Below are positions 27,244 to 42,319 of a stretch of DNA of 64,000 bases, piece by piece (the stretch's first letter is position 1; each line of letters begins with the position of its first letter). This DNA comes from the human T2T-CHM13v2.0 reference genome, Homo sapiens. Both the position numbers and the translations under genes were made by a program. The DNA lies in the NCBI RefSeq assembly GCF_009914755.1, contig NC_060936.1; one strand, written 5' to 3'. The notes beneath the pieces are model-generated. The model was not told where the DNA came from and did no database searches. It saw only the letters and a program-made list of their open reading frames with translations.

Positions 27244-27281
<38 letters not shown>
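27244..27281. repeat. (TG)19 microsatellite
   Basis: Read directly from the sequence. Confidence 0.97.
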
Positions 27282-27283
<2 letters not shown>

Positions 27284-27319
27284 TCCTGCCCAAAGGTACT
27301 GCAGAAGTAATCACACATA

Positions 27320-27915
27320 CATAAATTTTTAATTGTAGTAAAATAAACATAAAAATAAAATTTACCATCTTAACTTTTTTTTTTGTTTTCAGAAAGGGTC
27401 TCACTCTGTCACCCAGGCTGGAGCACAGTGATGTGATCAGATCACTGCAGCCTGGAACACACGAGCTAAAGCGATCCTCCCCCCTTAGCTGGGATTACAG
27501 GTCTTAACTATTTTTAAGTGTACAGTTCTTAAGTACATTCACATTGTTGTGTAACATATCTACACAGCTTTTTTCATCTTGCAAAAGAAAAACTCTGCCA
27601 TTAAAAAACAACTCCCTTTTCTCCCCTCCTTCCAGCCCCTGGCAGCCATCATTCTATTTTCTCTATGAATTTGACTATTCTAGGTACCTCATATATGTAG
27701 AATCATTTGTTTTTGGTTTTTTTTGATCACTGGCTTATGTCACTTACCATAAAGTCCTCCATGCTGTAGCGTATGTTTGATTTCCTTCCTTAAGGCTGAA
27801 TAATATTTCACTGTATATATATTTCACATTTTATTTATTCATCCATCAATGACACTTGGTTTGCTTTCATCTTTTGGCTAATATGAATAATTTGTACACC
27901 CATGTTTGTACAAAT
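27320..27915 (-). mobile_element. L1M 3' end relic interrupted by a FLAM/Alu monomer
   Basis: TAAAATTTACCATCTTAAC...AAGTGTACAGTTC...CAGCCCCTGGCAGCCATCATTCTATTTTCT. Confidence 0.75.
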
Positions 27916-27959
27916 TATTCAATTTCAAAGAGTTGAGTTGTTTTAAATTCTTTTGGGTA

Positions 27960-28278
27960 GGCTGGGAGTGCTGGCTCATGCCTGTAATCCCAGCATTTTG
28001 GGAGGCCCAGGCAGGAGGATCACCAGAAGTCAGGAGGTGGAGACCAGCCTGGCCAACACGGTAAAACCCCATCTCTACTAAAAATACAAAAATATTAGCC
28101 AGGCACGGTGGCAGGCGCCTGTAATCCCAGCTACTCGGGAGGCTGAGGCAAGGAGAATCACTTGAACCCGAGAGGCAGAGGTTGCAGTGAACCCAGACTG
28201 CAAAGGTTGCAGCGAACCCAGATTGCGCCACTGCACTCCAGCCTGGGTGACAGAGCAAGACTCTGTCTCAAAAAAAAA
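27960..28278 (+). mobile_element. AluS-like with internal 25-bp duplication
   Basis: Full dimer. The tail runs into (TAGATA)n. Confidence 0.92.
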
Positions 28279-28342
28279 TATAGATATAGATATAGATATA
28301 GATATAGATATAGATATAGATATAGATATAGATATAGATATA
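28279..28342. repeat. (TAGATA)~10 hexanucleotide microsatellite grown from an Alu tail
   Basis: Read directly. Gives the YRYRYR run in track ORF 28162..28356. Confidence 0.96.
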
Positions 28343-28375
28343 TGGTAAATTTCTAGAAAAGGAGTTGCTGGATCA

Positions 28376-28665
28376 TTTTTTTTTTTTTAGACGGAGTCTC
28401 ACTCTGTTCTCAAGGCTGGAGTGCAGTGGTGCAATCTCAGCTCACTGCGACCTCCGCCTCCCGGGTTCAAGCAATTCTCCTGCCCTCAGCCTTCTGAGTA
28501 GCTGGGATTACAGGCGCCCACCACCACGCCCAGCTAATTTTTGTATTTTTAGTAGAGACAGGGTTTCACCATGTTGGTCAGGCTGGTCTCAAGCTCCTGA
28601 CCTCGTGATCTGCCCGCCTTGGCCTCCCAAAGTGCTGGGATTACAGGCATGAGCCACTGCTGCCA
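28376..28665 (-). mobile_element. AluS-like
   Basis: Full dimer. TSD GCTGGATCAT. Confidence 0.93.
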
Positions 28666-28879
28666 AGCTGGATCATATTTTATATATACATACATATATA
28701 TACACACACACAGCTTTATTAAGATCTAATTCACAGCATTTACATAGCATTTAAAGTGTAGAATTCAATGGTTTTTTTTTAGTAAATGTGAGGAGTGGTG
28801 TAACCATCACCACAATCAACTTTAGAATACTCATCACTCTTGAGTAATGAAACTCTGTGCCCGTTAGCAATCACTGTTA

Positions 28880-29740
28880 TCTATAAATGAACACCTCCCA
28901 AATTTACATATCCATTTTGTAACTGCAGACTCGCATATTCAACAGTTTGGATATCTAACACGCAAAACAAATTTAACATGCCTGAAAATGAAGCCCTAAT
29001 ATTTCCCTATAAAACCTACTCTTCTTACAATCTTCACATCTCAGATAGGAACTTCATCCATCCATTTGTTCAAACCAAAAATCTTAGAATCTTCTTTTTT
29101 TCACACCTTCTAGCTAATGACTCAATAATCCTCTTGGCCAAACCTTCAAAATATATCCATAATCCAATCTCTTCTCATCACTTCATCTACTACCAGTCAA
29201 AAATAAATCACTTTATTTTGTCTGGATTATGTCAGTTATTTCCTAACCCTTCTCCTACTTCTGTCCTTGTCTTCCTACAATCTATTTTCAACACAAGAGC
29301 CAGAGAGATCCTTTCTAAAAGTATAACAAATCATGTCAATCCTCTGCCTCAATCCCTCCATTGGCTTCCTATTTCACTCAGGTTAAAAGCCAAAGTCTTC
29401 CCAATGGCTCACAAGGCCTTAAGGTGATATGACCTCCTGCTACTTCTGTGACCTCATCTCCTTCCTGCCTCTTCCTCTGCTCTGCCTCTAGCTGCTTCTC
29501 TGCATATACAAGACAACCTCCCATTCTTGTATTCATTGCTCCCCTTGTCTGGAATGCTCTTTCCCCAGATCATCATGACTCATTCCCTCATTGTATTCAC
29601 ATCTCAGCTTAAATGACCCCTTATCAGTGAGCCTTCTTGACCACACTATTTAACTTTGCAATGTGCCACTTACCCTGTGCACTTTCTATCCCCTTTGCCT
29701 ACTTTATTTTGCTCCAAAACTTTTACTTCCACATAATTTT
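28880..29740 (-). mobile_element. L2 LINE relic
   Basis: TCATGTCAATCCTCTGCCTCAATCCCTCCATTGGCTTCCTATTTCACTCAG...CTGGAATGCTCTTTCCCCAGATATC, typical of L2. Explains ORF 28978..29427. Strand call tentative. Confidence 0.7.
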
Positions 29741-29967
29741 ATGCCTGATCCTGCTGCTTCTAACATTTCTTTTAACTTTAAAAATACTTAAAAGATAGAG
29801 TGGAGAATATTTTAGAAAACAGAAACATACTGTACTATTGTTTTGCAAGCTGAATTCATTTTTTTCATGAAATTATGATTGCCCTTCAATGTCAACAAAT
29901 ATTTTTGCTGGAAAAGTATCACATTCTTTCTAAAACATTTTTCCATTTAGGTTGCTTTTTATTTTAC

Positions 29968-30086
29968 CTTGCCGATTAACTTCATTTTGAAGTAGCTCTT
30001 CCATTGCCTCCTCCTCCGCAATATCTAAAGGTGTATCTCCTTCACTGTTGACAGCCCCTACATGTGCTCCTTGACCAATCAAAAAC
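29968..30086 (-). CDS. PPP1R12A: PPP1R12A coding exon 3 (119 nt; (E)FLIGQGAHVGAVNSEGDTPLDIAEEEAMEELLQNEVNRQ(G))
   Basis: Acceptor TTTTACAG|G, donor AAG|GTAAAA. Phase 2 to 1 joins exons 2 and 4 in frame. Ankyrin GDTPLDIA motif. Confidence 0.97.
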
Positions 30087-30227
30087 CTGTAAAACCAAAG
30101 GAAAAATAGTTAAGCAAAAGATATTATCATTGAAATAAAACTAAATGCATAACCAATGAGGAAAGTTCCTATATAAAGCAGCAATAAAGGGCAGTATATA
30201 CATTATTTAAATTTTAAAAAACTATCA

Positions 30228-30480
30228 GGCCAGGCGCAGTGGCTCACGCCTGTAATCCCAGCACTTTGGGAGGCCAAGGCAGGCGGATCACGAGGTCAGA
30301 TCAAGACCATCCTAACACGGTGAAACCCTGTCTCTACTAAAAATACAAAAAATTAGCCGGGCGTGGTGGTGGGCGCCTGTAGTCCCAGCTACTCAGGAGG
30401 CTGAGGCAGGAGAATGGCAAGAACCCGGGAGGTGGAGCTTGCAGTGAGCTGAGATCAAGCCAAAAAAACAAAAAACAAAA
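30228..30480 (+). mobile_element. AluY-like lacking the last ~40 nt before the tail
   Basis: Diagnostics GGATCACGAGGTCAG, GAGAATGGC, GGAGCTTGCAG. Sequence jumps from GAGATCAAGCCA directly to the tail. Confidence 0.88.
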
Positions 30481-30723
30481 CCATCTAGAGCATGTTTCTT
30501 TTTTAAATTTATATTTCCTAATTTTTCTATAATGTACACACGTTGCTTTACCAATACAAAAATTTTAATTTTTAATAATAATTAGAAAGTATTTCATAAA
30601 AATGTTAATTTTTAATAATAATTAGAAAGTCTCATAGGATCCACCTCCACTGAGACTTCTCATTATCTCCATATGGACTGGTTTCCTTACTGGTCTCTGC
30701 GCTCCCAATCTCATCCCGCAAAC

Positions 30724-31045
30724 AAGAGTTCTTAAGCTGGGGTTCATGGGTAAAATTCAGAAGGTTCATAAAAAATTCAATTAACACAGATACATTAAAT
30801 TATTGCTTATCATTATTTTAAAATTAGCTATTAAACCCACCACTAGGTCTTTTTAATATTTTACTAAAGAAGCAGACAGATAATTATACTACAAATATAT
30901 TTTTTAAATATTTTGATAAGTGCATTCCAATATAATTGGCTTCTGTGTACTCTGTATTTTATTTTAAGCATCCAAAACACAATTCTAAGAAAGTATCTAT
31001 AGGCTTCATCAAACCTGCCAAAGGTATTCAGATACAAAAAGGTTA
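30724..31045. mobile_element. Short hAT-Charlie non-autonomous element relic
   Basis: CAAGAGTTCTTAAGCTGGGGTTCATGG ... CTATAGGCTTCATCAAACCTGCCAAAGG...CAAAAAGGTTA resembles Charlie-type termini. Confidence 0.55.
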
Positions 31046-31058
31046 TTTATCTATTTAA

Positions 31059-31434
<376 letters not shown>

Positions 31435-33841
31435 TACCCAAGTCAATTTCTAACTTAAAAAATTTTTCGATGGCTCTACCATGCTAGGAGAAAAGATAAT
31501 GTACAGCCCTCACTGATCTGGCCTTGTCTTCTTTTTCAGCCTCCTCCTTCTTCCGGCATCACACTTTAGGCACCAACAATATAGAACTACTTGTAGTTCT
31601 AAATTAAACCATTTGATTTGGGTATCCCTGGTTTTATTTTTCCATATATAAAGAATGGGTCTTTTTCTTTATGTTCCTAACCAATTTAGCTCCTTCATAC
31701 TTCGACTATATAAAAATATTCTAATTATAAAATAGTTTTTTAAAAAAAGTACACGTCCACAGAGGGAAAAAGGAACTCCTTTATTCCTCTCCTACTATTA
31801 TGTTCCCTCCCCCAGAGATAAACACTATCAACAGTAGGGCAAAAATCTTTCCAGTACCTCTGCCATAAATTTATATGTGTGTAAACATATATACACCATC
31901 ACTTTTGGGGTTCTTTTTGTAAAGCACAAATTAATGAGATTATTCTAAATGAAGTATAATGTAACTCTTCCCTTCTAACACCTGAAAAATATTCCATAGT
32001 ATGTCTGGTTCATACCTTCATTTAATATTATTCTCTTAATAGATGTGCACTTAAATAGACAGTTGAAATTCACAATTTTTAAAAAATTTTCCCAACATCA
32101 TGAAGATAAAACATGTTGTCATTGCTTTAATTTGTATTTCCTGATTACACATGAGACTGAAAATATTTAGATATATTTACTGGCATTTGTATTTCTCCTT
32201 TTATGAACTGCTTATGTACATTCCTTGCTGGTATTTCAAACGTATTCATTAATTCAACCAATATTTATGGAGTGTCTAGTATGCATCTGGCACTATGTTA
32301 CATACCAGGAATATAAAGGTAAACAAAAAGAAACACAGAATTGCCCTTCAAAAAGTTTATAGTCTAGTAAGACAGTCAGATTAAATACACAAATAAATGT
32401 AAAGCTGTGGTAGGTCCTGTAACAGAATAAGGTAGTGTCTAGGATTAATAGGAAAAATGGATTTAGTGAAGTCAGAAAAGGATTCTCTGATGATTATGTA
32501 GGTGCTAACAAAAGAGAACAGAAGGGCAATGTGCTGTAGGTGAGAAGGAACAAAATAAAGTCCTGTGATAGGAAGTATATACAGCCAGATGGAGGCCCAG
32601 TTCATTTTCCTTAGAATAAATGAAATAACTGATCAATCTCTATATCTTTTACACACACACACACCCTCCCTCTAACAGTGGGTACCTCTAAGAGATAGAG
32701 GAAGAGAGATTTGTATTGGTTGTTTTGTGTGTTAACCAAGTTTTCTGTAATAAGTTTGTTCTGGACATGTGTATCTGATCACAAAAATGGCTACTGTATC
32801 ATTTTGTAGTTTCATGTTTTAAATTTAAAAATATGCTGTAAAAGTTTTATCATCTTTATGGAAATTCTACAAACAGAAGTTAGACTTGAGGTAATTTTTC
32901 CTGTTTTCATAGTTTTGAAAATGTATATAAAACTAAAAAGAATATTTCCTCATATACTACAAATAAATAAATGAGTCTAAAGCAGAAAGGTAAGATATAG
33001 TGGAGTCTTGCTGTGCTATGCTCTGAGAGAATATGTAATTATTCTCCTAGGCAAAATTCCAAACAATTAGGAATATTTACATAAAAATACATCTATTCTG
33101 CTTGGGTATCACAAATCATTCAAAGGATACAAAGATTGAGAATAAAAGGAATATCTCAGACTAGCTGCAGCTTGAAGTACAGGAAGCAGAGTTTCAAGGA
33201 AATACCAGGTCAAAGCCAAATACGGACAATACAGAATTTATATAAACAGGAAGGATGTTAAGAGAAACTAACAGAGTAAAGTACCAAAACTGCTGGCAGG
33301 AAGCAGCGCCCAAAGCAATCCTTGAGCCAAAAGATTACGTATGTGTGTATGTACATATGTATGTATGTATTTATGCATGCAAACACACAATTCACAAACT
33401 TCTCCTGCACTCTAGAACTATTACTTGCAAATGTAAATGTTACAAAGGCACATTTGAAAAAATAATAATAAATAATAATAAACAAAATCTCACGGACTGA
33501 TTAATCCTATGGTGGATTAATTCTTATCTACCATAAATAGTCTCCAAAAGCAATTCAAAGGTTGGAGGGGTGAAAAAAGCAGAAACTTTTATGCTCTGCA
33601 GACTTCGGGTTCAGTTCCCACCTCTGCCTGTTGACACCTGTGTGACATTCAAAGATATAGTTGAGTATAATACATTGTAGTTATATATTATTTAGTTATA
33701 AGTTATATATATATAAAACTTAACTAAAATCTAATTTATAAAATAACTTTACTGGGCAATGTGGTTTAAATGAGTTAAAAATAAAATTAAAGTACTATCT
33801 GTTGTCATATGCAAAATTATCACATTTAGGAAGCAATGTTT

Positions 33842-34115
33842 CACTTTGGTAGGCCAAGGTGGGCAGATCATCTGAGGTCAGAAGTTCGAGACCAGCCTGG
33901 CCAGCATAGCAAAACCCCAACTCTACTAAAAAAATACAAAAAAATTAGCTGGGTGTGGTGGTGCACACCTGTAATCCCAGCTACTTGGAGGCTAAGACAG
34001 GAGAATCACTTGAACCCAGAAGGCAGAGGTTGTAGTGAGCCGAGATTGTGCCACTGCATTCCAGTCTGGGTGACAGGGCTAGACTCCATTTCAAAGGGGG
34101 GAAAAAAAAAGAAAG
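33842..34115 (+). mobile_element. AluS-like, 5'-truncated
   Basis: TSD AAGCAATGTTT. Confidence 0.9.
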
Positions 34116-34526
34116 AAAGCAATGTTTAAGATAATGTTAAACAAACTACAGGCTATCTGGAATATGAAAATTTCACTTTGAAAGACCCTGGAGATATTGA
34201 AAACAGACATCTAGATTTCCTTCAGAACAAAAGCTGGGGTATTAGAAGCTACTTGTGTGGCTATTAATTAGGAAAAATATGCCATAGTTATTCTAAGATT
34301 CCTTGGAAAGAAAACAAACAAACAAACAAACAAAAAAACAGATTTTCACACAGGTGTTCCAAACTGAAAGTTAGATGACTGGGCTACTTTTCAAATGAAC
34401 AACCGTATTGAGTGCTTCAGGGTAAAGAAAATCAGGCCTATATTTTCTTAACAATACTTAGTAATTTCCTTAAGCAAATCAAAGGTAGTCAACATAAGAG
34501 ATGCCACCTAGTACAGGATGAAATTC

Positions 34527-34816
34527 TTTTTTATCTTTATTTTTGAAGAGACAGTCTCATTCTGTTGCCCAGGCTAGAATGCAGCAGTGCAATCATAGTT
34601 CATTGTAACCTTGAACTCTTAGGCTCAAGCCATCCTAACTGCCTCGGCCTCCCTAGTTGCTAGGAATACAAGAACATACTACAACACCCAGCTAAATTTA
34701 AAAAAAAAAAAATTTAGGGATGGGGTCTCCCTTTGTGGCCCAGGCTGGTCCCAAACTCCTGGCATTATGCAATCCTCCCACCTTGGGATTACAGGTGTGA
34801 GCCACCGGGCCCAACC
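34527..34816 (-). mobile_element. AluJ-like
   Basis: Diverged dimer. TSD AT(G/T)AAATTCTT. Confidence 0.87.
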
Positions 34817-35333
34817 ATTAAATTCTTAACAAATTGTAGAAATGAAAAATGGTAATCTGACAGATTTAATTGAGATTTATAATACTCTAGAAACTCTGAT
34901 TTGATAATTTTAGATAGATAAATGAGTAAGCTTCCAAATCAAGACATGATCCAAAAGGATTTTTACAAAACTATTTATGTGCTAACTGGAAAATCTAACA
35001 AAAGGTATAAAGTTAACAAAGCTATTGGTTGCAATGTGAATATGGTATATTAGATAAACAGGTGAGATTCTGGGTTAACTGACTTTGGAAGACAAATTTT
35101 GATAGTCTCCACTATCTTCTGAGTTTTGTCAAAAACCAAACCACAGAAGCAAATATTTAAGAAAAGGAAATAGCTATTTAAAAATTTTCATCTTTTAAGA
35201 AAAAATTTAAGAAAAACTTTGTCTTTAAACCAGAAGCTAATGAGAACTTAGTGAAGAGAGACAAAGAAAGCAATTATCAGCAAGAGCTAAATATATTTAG
35301 TGTCCAAATTTAATGTATATTTTCTTATTCAGT

Positions 35334-35737
35334 TGATATGGTTTGGCTCTATGTCCCCACCCAAATCTGATACTGAATTGCATTTCTTAGTGTTGCAGCT
35401 GGGGCCTGGTGGGAGGTGACTGGATCATGAGGGTGGTTTCTAATGGTTTAGCACCATCCTCTTAGTGCTGTCTTAGTGCTGACAGAGTTCTCACGAGATA
35501 TGGCTGTTTGAAAGTGTGCAGCACCTCCCTCTTTGCTCTCTTTCTCTCTTCTTGCTGGCCATACAAAGATGTGCACACTTCCCCTTTGCCTTCTGCCATA
35601 ATTCTAAGTTTCCTGAGGCTTCCCCTGCCATGCTTCCTGTACAGCCTATGGAACTGTGAGTCAATTATACCTCTTTTCTTCATAAATTACCCTGTCTCAG
35701 GTAGTTCTTCATAGCAGTGCAAGATTGGACTAATACA
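35334..35737 (+). mobile_element. MST-family (MSTA-like) solo LTR
   Basis: TGATATGGTTTGGCTCTATGTCCCC...GGGGCCTGGTGGGAGGTGACTGGATCATG...GGACTAATACA. Confidence 0.85.
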
Positions 35738-36129
35738 TTATTGTAGAAAAAGTAGTATTAAAAAGTTATTTTAACCAATATACAAAGTTTTAAAAATCAG
35801 AAAGTCAGCAAAATAGCATTGTAATAGTTATATGCTTCTTGAAAATCTGAAAAAATTACTCAAAGCCATCCTAGGAGAAATTATGAAAATTAAACTATCT
35901 GAACTATTCAAAGATTAAGCAGAACATTACACTATTCAGAAATAAATGCTATTTTCATTAGCAAGTCTCTGAGCAACAAAATGCAAAATAGTAAATAATC
36001 TTATGATTATTTCTCATTAGTAGAAATGCACTTTCCCATTTTCTTTTGAAAGTTCTGTATCCCAATGAAAGATACTGTGTAACATTATGAATCCAAACAA
36101 AAGTTCTGACCTCAGACCTTTGAAAGTTT

Positions 36130-38170
<2,041 letters not shown>

Positions 38171-38509
38171 GTACTCAGCATATAGTACAATTAATTATAC
38201 CAGTAACAAAGACCAAGCTAACACTTATGAGAGAAATTAATCTATTTGTGAAATGGGTCACCTAGATTGTCATTTATAAAAGATAAATTCACAATCAGGG
38301 GAAGTATTTACATTTTCTTCATAAAGTAACTCTTAAACATAGGAAATGCTCAAGACAGAATCTTTCTCTCAATTTTTCCCTAGAGAATTGATTCTAAACC
38401 TCTTCAATCATGTATTAACTCTTGAAAACCATGTATTTATTAAAAACATTTACATGCCTTAGCATCTTACTTTATTACTGCAACTTCCAATTCTCAGAGG
38501 CAAAAGTAC

Positions 38510-39046
38510 TACTTATTGTTTAACAATTCTAAGATGCACATTTCCTACACATTTTAATGTCATTGAAATCTTTTACAATCAATGAATCTTAAAATCAATG
38601 ACTTTGTATAATTGATGTTGGCCAGGTGGCAGACATGACTGGGTTGTCATTATCATCCACATGTGACACCAGTCACAGCTATTCATATTGTTTTCACTTC
38701 AGTTGAGTTATGTGTGTTGTTGGAATCGTATCTGTTGACCTTAACTATTACATAAAATTTCTTCTGGATGTTGTCTGAAAACTTTATGTTGATATTTTAT
38801 GGTAAGATCAAGAAAGTGCCAAAATCAAAGCTTGCAGAATGCCTATCAGTGACGCAGAAGAAAATCCCAAGCAAGCAATGTTATATACTCTAAGCAGCAC
38901 AGAGAATGATACTGTGTGTGTGTGGCGGGGGGGCAGGGGAAATTTATGGGATAAAAACAAATACTGCACCATAATTTTATTTAATTTTTAAAATCGGTAT
39001 TTATGATGTTACAACAATGGCACCTTAGATCTGATGAAATCCAGTA
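38510..39046. mobile_element. Tc2/Kanga(MER104)-like DNA transposon relic
   Basis: ATTCTAAGATGCACATTT...CACATTTTAATGTC at the left end and CTTAGATCTGATGAAATCCAGTA at the right form degenerate inverted termini. Confidence 0.5.
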
Positions 39047-39360
39047 TGTGCATTATAAATATATCCAAAATATTTCTGGCTTCCTACTGTACTTTTTCCA
39101 TTGATAGCTCAAATTAGACCAATCTAAATTAATATTCTACTACACTGTCTCCCTCTTCTTCAGCTTCCCCTAATTCCGCTCTTTAGATCCCTTAATAAGT
39201 TTAATGGTATCATTTTCCCAATGACAAAGGCTAGAAAGAGAGGCAGAATAGTGTAGTATCTAAAATGCACATTTGAAAAGTTAAGACTGTGTAGGTTCAA
39301 ACCCTAACTCTGACACATATTTTGTGTGATTTCTCTCTATGACTCAGTCTCTTCATCTAT

Positions 39361-39992
<632 letters not shown>

Positions 39993-41767
39993 CCCAAATT
40001 ATAATTATTAATACAGGTCTATTATCTCTCGCCTACACCCAAATTTCAAAATTGCTCATATTTTTTTCACCCTAAGAGGTCTGAGAAAAACAAACAAAGA
40101 AAATTTCATGTCTTTGTTACTGTGAATAGTGCTGCGATGAACATATATGTGCATGTATCTTTATGGTACAAATTTATTTTCCTGTGGGTATATAACCAAT
40201 AATGGGATTGCTGGGTCAAATGGTAACTGTTTTAAGGTTTTGAGAAATCACCAAATTGCTTTCCACAATGGCTGATCTAATTTACATTTCCACCAGCAGA
40301 AGAAAAGTAAAAGTTTTTCATATTTTAGAAAGATAATATTATGGATTATGTAACACTCCCACCAGGTCTGGGATAGCACTCTATAACCAAACACAAAATT
40401 ATTTCTGCAAAAAAAAAACAAACCACACATTTACAGTTAAGTGAGATAAAGACTACAAATAGCCTCCCATCAGTGCAGGTCATTATCTGTTGCCAAATGT
40501 GCCTACAACAAACTTAAAATTTATGTTTTCATTTTTTGCAGTTTTGGAGGTTTATGCATAAGGACCTGTGGGAAGTAGTACATTTTTATATGACTGAAAT
40601 TATGTTATCTAAAGGACTTAGAACAGTAAAAAAAAAAACACAGTAAGCACTTGGTAAACGTTAGCTATTTATCATCATTAGCACCACCTTTGATTTTTCT
40701 TCCTACCTTAGTACTTAGATCCAGTAAATCACACCAAGACTTATCAATTCTATTCTCCAAATTTCTTTCAGATCTGCTCTACTTCCAATCTCACTGCCAC
40801 TGCCCTAGTTTTCTTGCCCAACCTCTCTAATTTGTCAAGAATCTTCCAAAAAAACAGTCTGAAAGGTCATCACTTCCCTAAAACTGCATCACCATCAAAG
40901 GACAAACTCAGCCTGGCATACAAATCCTTTACGTTGTAACCCCAGCTGACTTGCCCAGTCTTATCTGCTACCCTCTCCATATTCCACTAATGCCTTCTCT
41001 CCAAGAAATTATGGCTCCAATAAGGCCCTTCTGTTTAATGCAATCAGAACCAGTATTTGCTTGGTTAACCAAATAGGCTGACTGAAATAGGTAATCATAA
41101 AATATAACACATATGCATAAATAATGCATTTATTTAATCATACAAGACATAAATGCATATTTATTTATCCATCCTTTAGTGAAGACTAGTCTATTTCTTT
41201 GGATGATGTCTTCATGACTATAAATCCATGCTGTCTTTCTTGCATAAATGATATCCGTAATGTGTTATCTAAGACTTCGAACTGTCTTTAGAGTGAACCA
41301 AAAACTTGAAGTCAACAGCAAAGCAATTTGAGTACACAATCCTTCTAGTTCTTTTTTTCTTTCAGTCTTTGAGTTGTCTCACCCCCATCTAATTAAAAAA
41401 CAACCATCCTTTTAGGGCACTGCCATTGAGTCTTTCCAAAGTATTCAACTTTGTTATCTTAGCAACAATATTCTGGTTTTGCATATGACAGGCATTAACA
41501 GGTAGAAAACACATACAAATAACTTTTGGTAGGTCTGCAATTCAAGTGTTGGAAACAGAACCGTGAGCTTAGCAGAAGTGGCCTATTAGCAGCAATGTTT
41601 AGGCATATGGATATCAGTCAATAAGTTTTAACAAAGAAATGGTAAGTATAAATACAGTGGTAGCCAGTTAAAAGAACTTTATCATATATTATTTCTCATT
41701 TGTGAATGACATGACTTTCCTCAGGCAGCTCCCAACTCGCAGAGGCAAAAATTATGCTCATCCTTTT

Positions 41768-42319
41768 CCAGCCATCCCATTACTGGGTATATACCCAAAG
41801 GACTATAAATCATGCTGCTATAAAGACACATGCACACGTATGTTTATTGCGGCATTATTCACAATAGCAAAGGCTTGGAACCAACCCAAATGTCCAACAA
41901 TGATAGACTGGATTAAGAAAATGTGGCACATATACACCATGGAATACTATGCAGCCATAAAAAATGATGAGTTCATGTCCTTTGTAGGGACATGGATGAA
42001 ATTGGAAATCATCATTCTCAGTAAACTATCGCAAGGACAAAAAACCAAACACCACATGTTCTCACTCATAGATGGGAATTGAACAATGAGAACATATGGA
42101 CACAGGAAGGGGAACATCACACTCTGGGGACTGTTGTGGGGTGGGGGGAAGGGGGAGGGATAGCATTAGGAGATATACCTAATGCTAAATGACAAGTTAA
42201 TGAAGAGTTAATGCATGTATACATATGTAACTAACCTGCACATTGTGCACATGTACCCTAGAACTTAAAGTATAATAATAATAAAAAATAATAATAAAAA
42301 AATAATAAAATAAAATAAA
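41768..42319 (+). mobile_element. 5'-truncated young L1PA 3' fragment (~550 bp)
   Basis: ORF2 C-terminus [34 protein letters not shown]...MFSLI, 3'UTR GATAGCATTAGGAGATATACCTAATG, and an (AAT)/A-rich tail. Confidence 0.92.

Noticed and set aside
28162-28356. ORF with a YRYRYR repeat
   Set aside because: Translation of an Alu tail plus (TAGATA)n microsatellite.
28978-29427. 149-aa ORF
   Set aside because: Sits in a decayed L2 relic with no splice or domain support.
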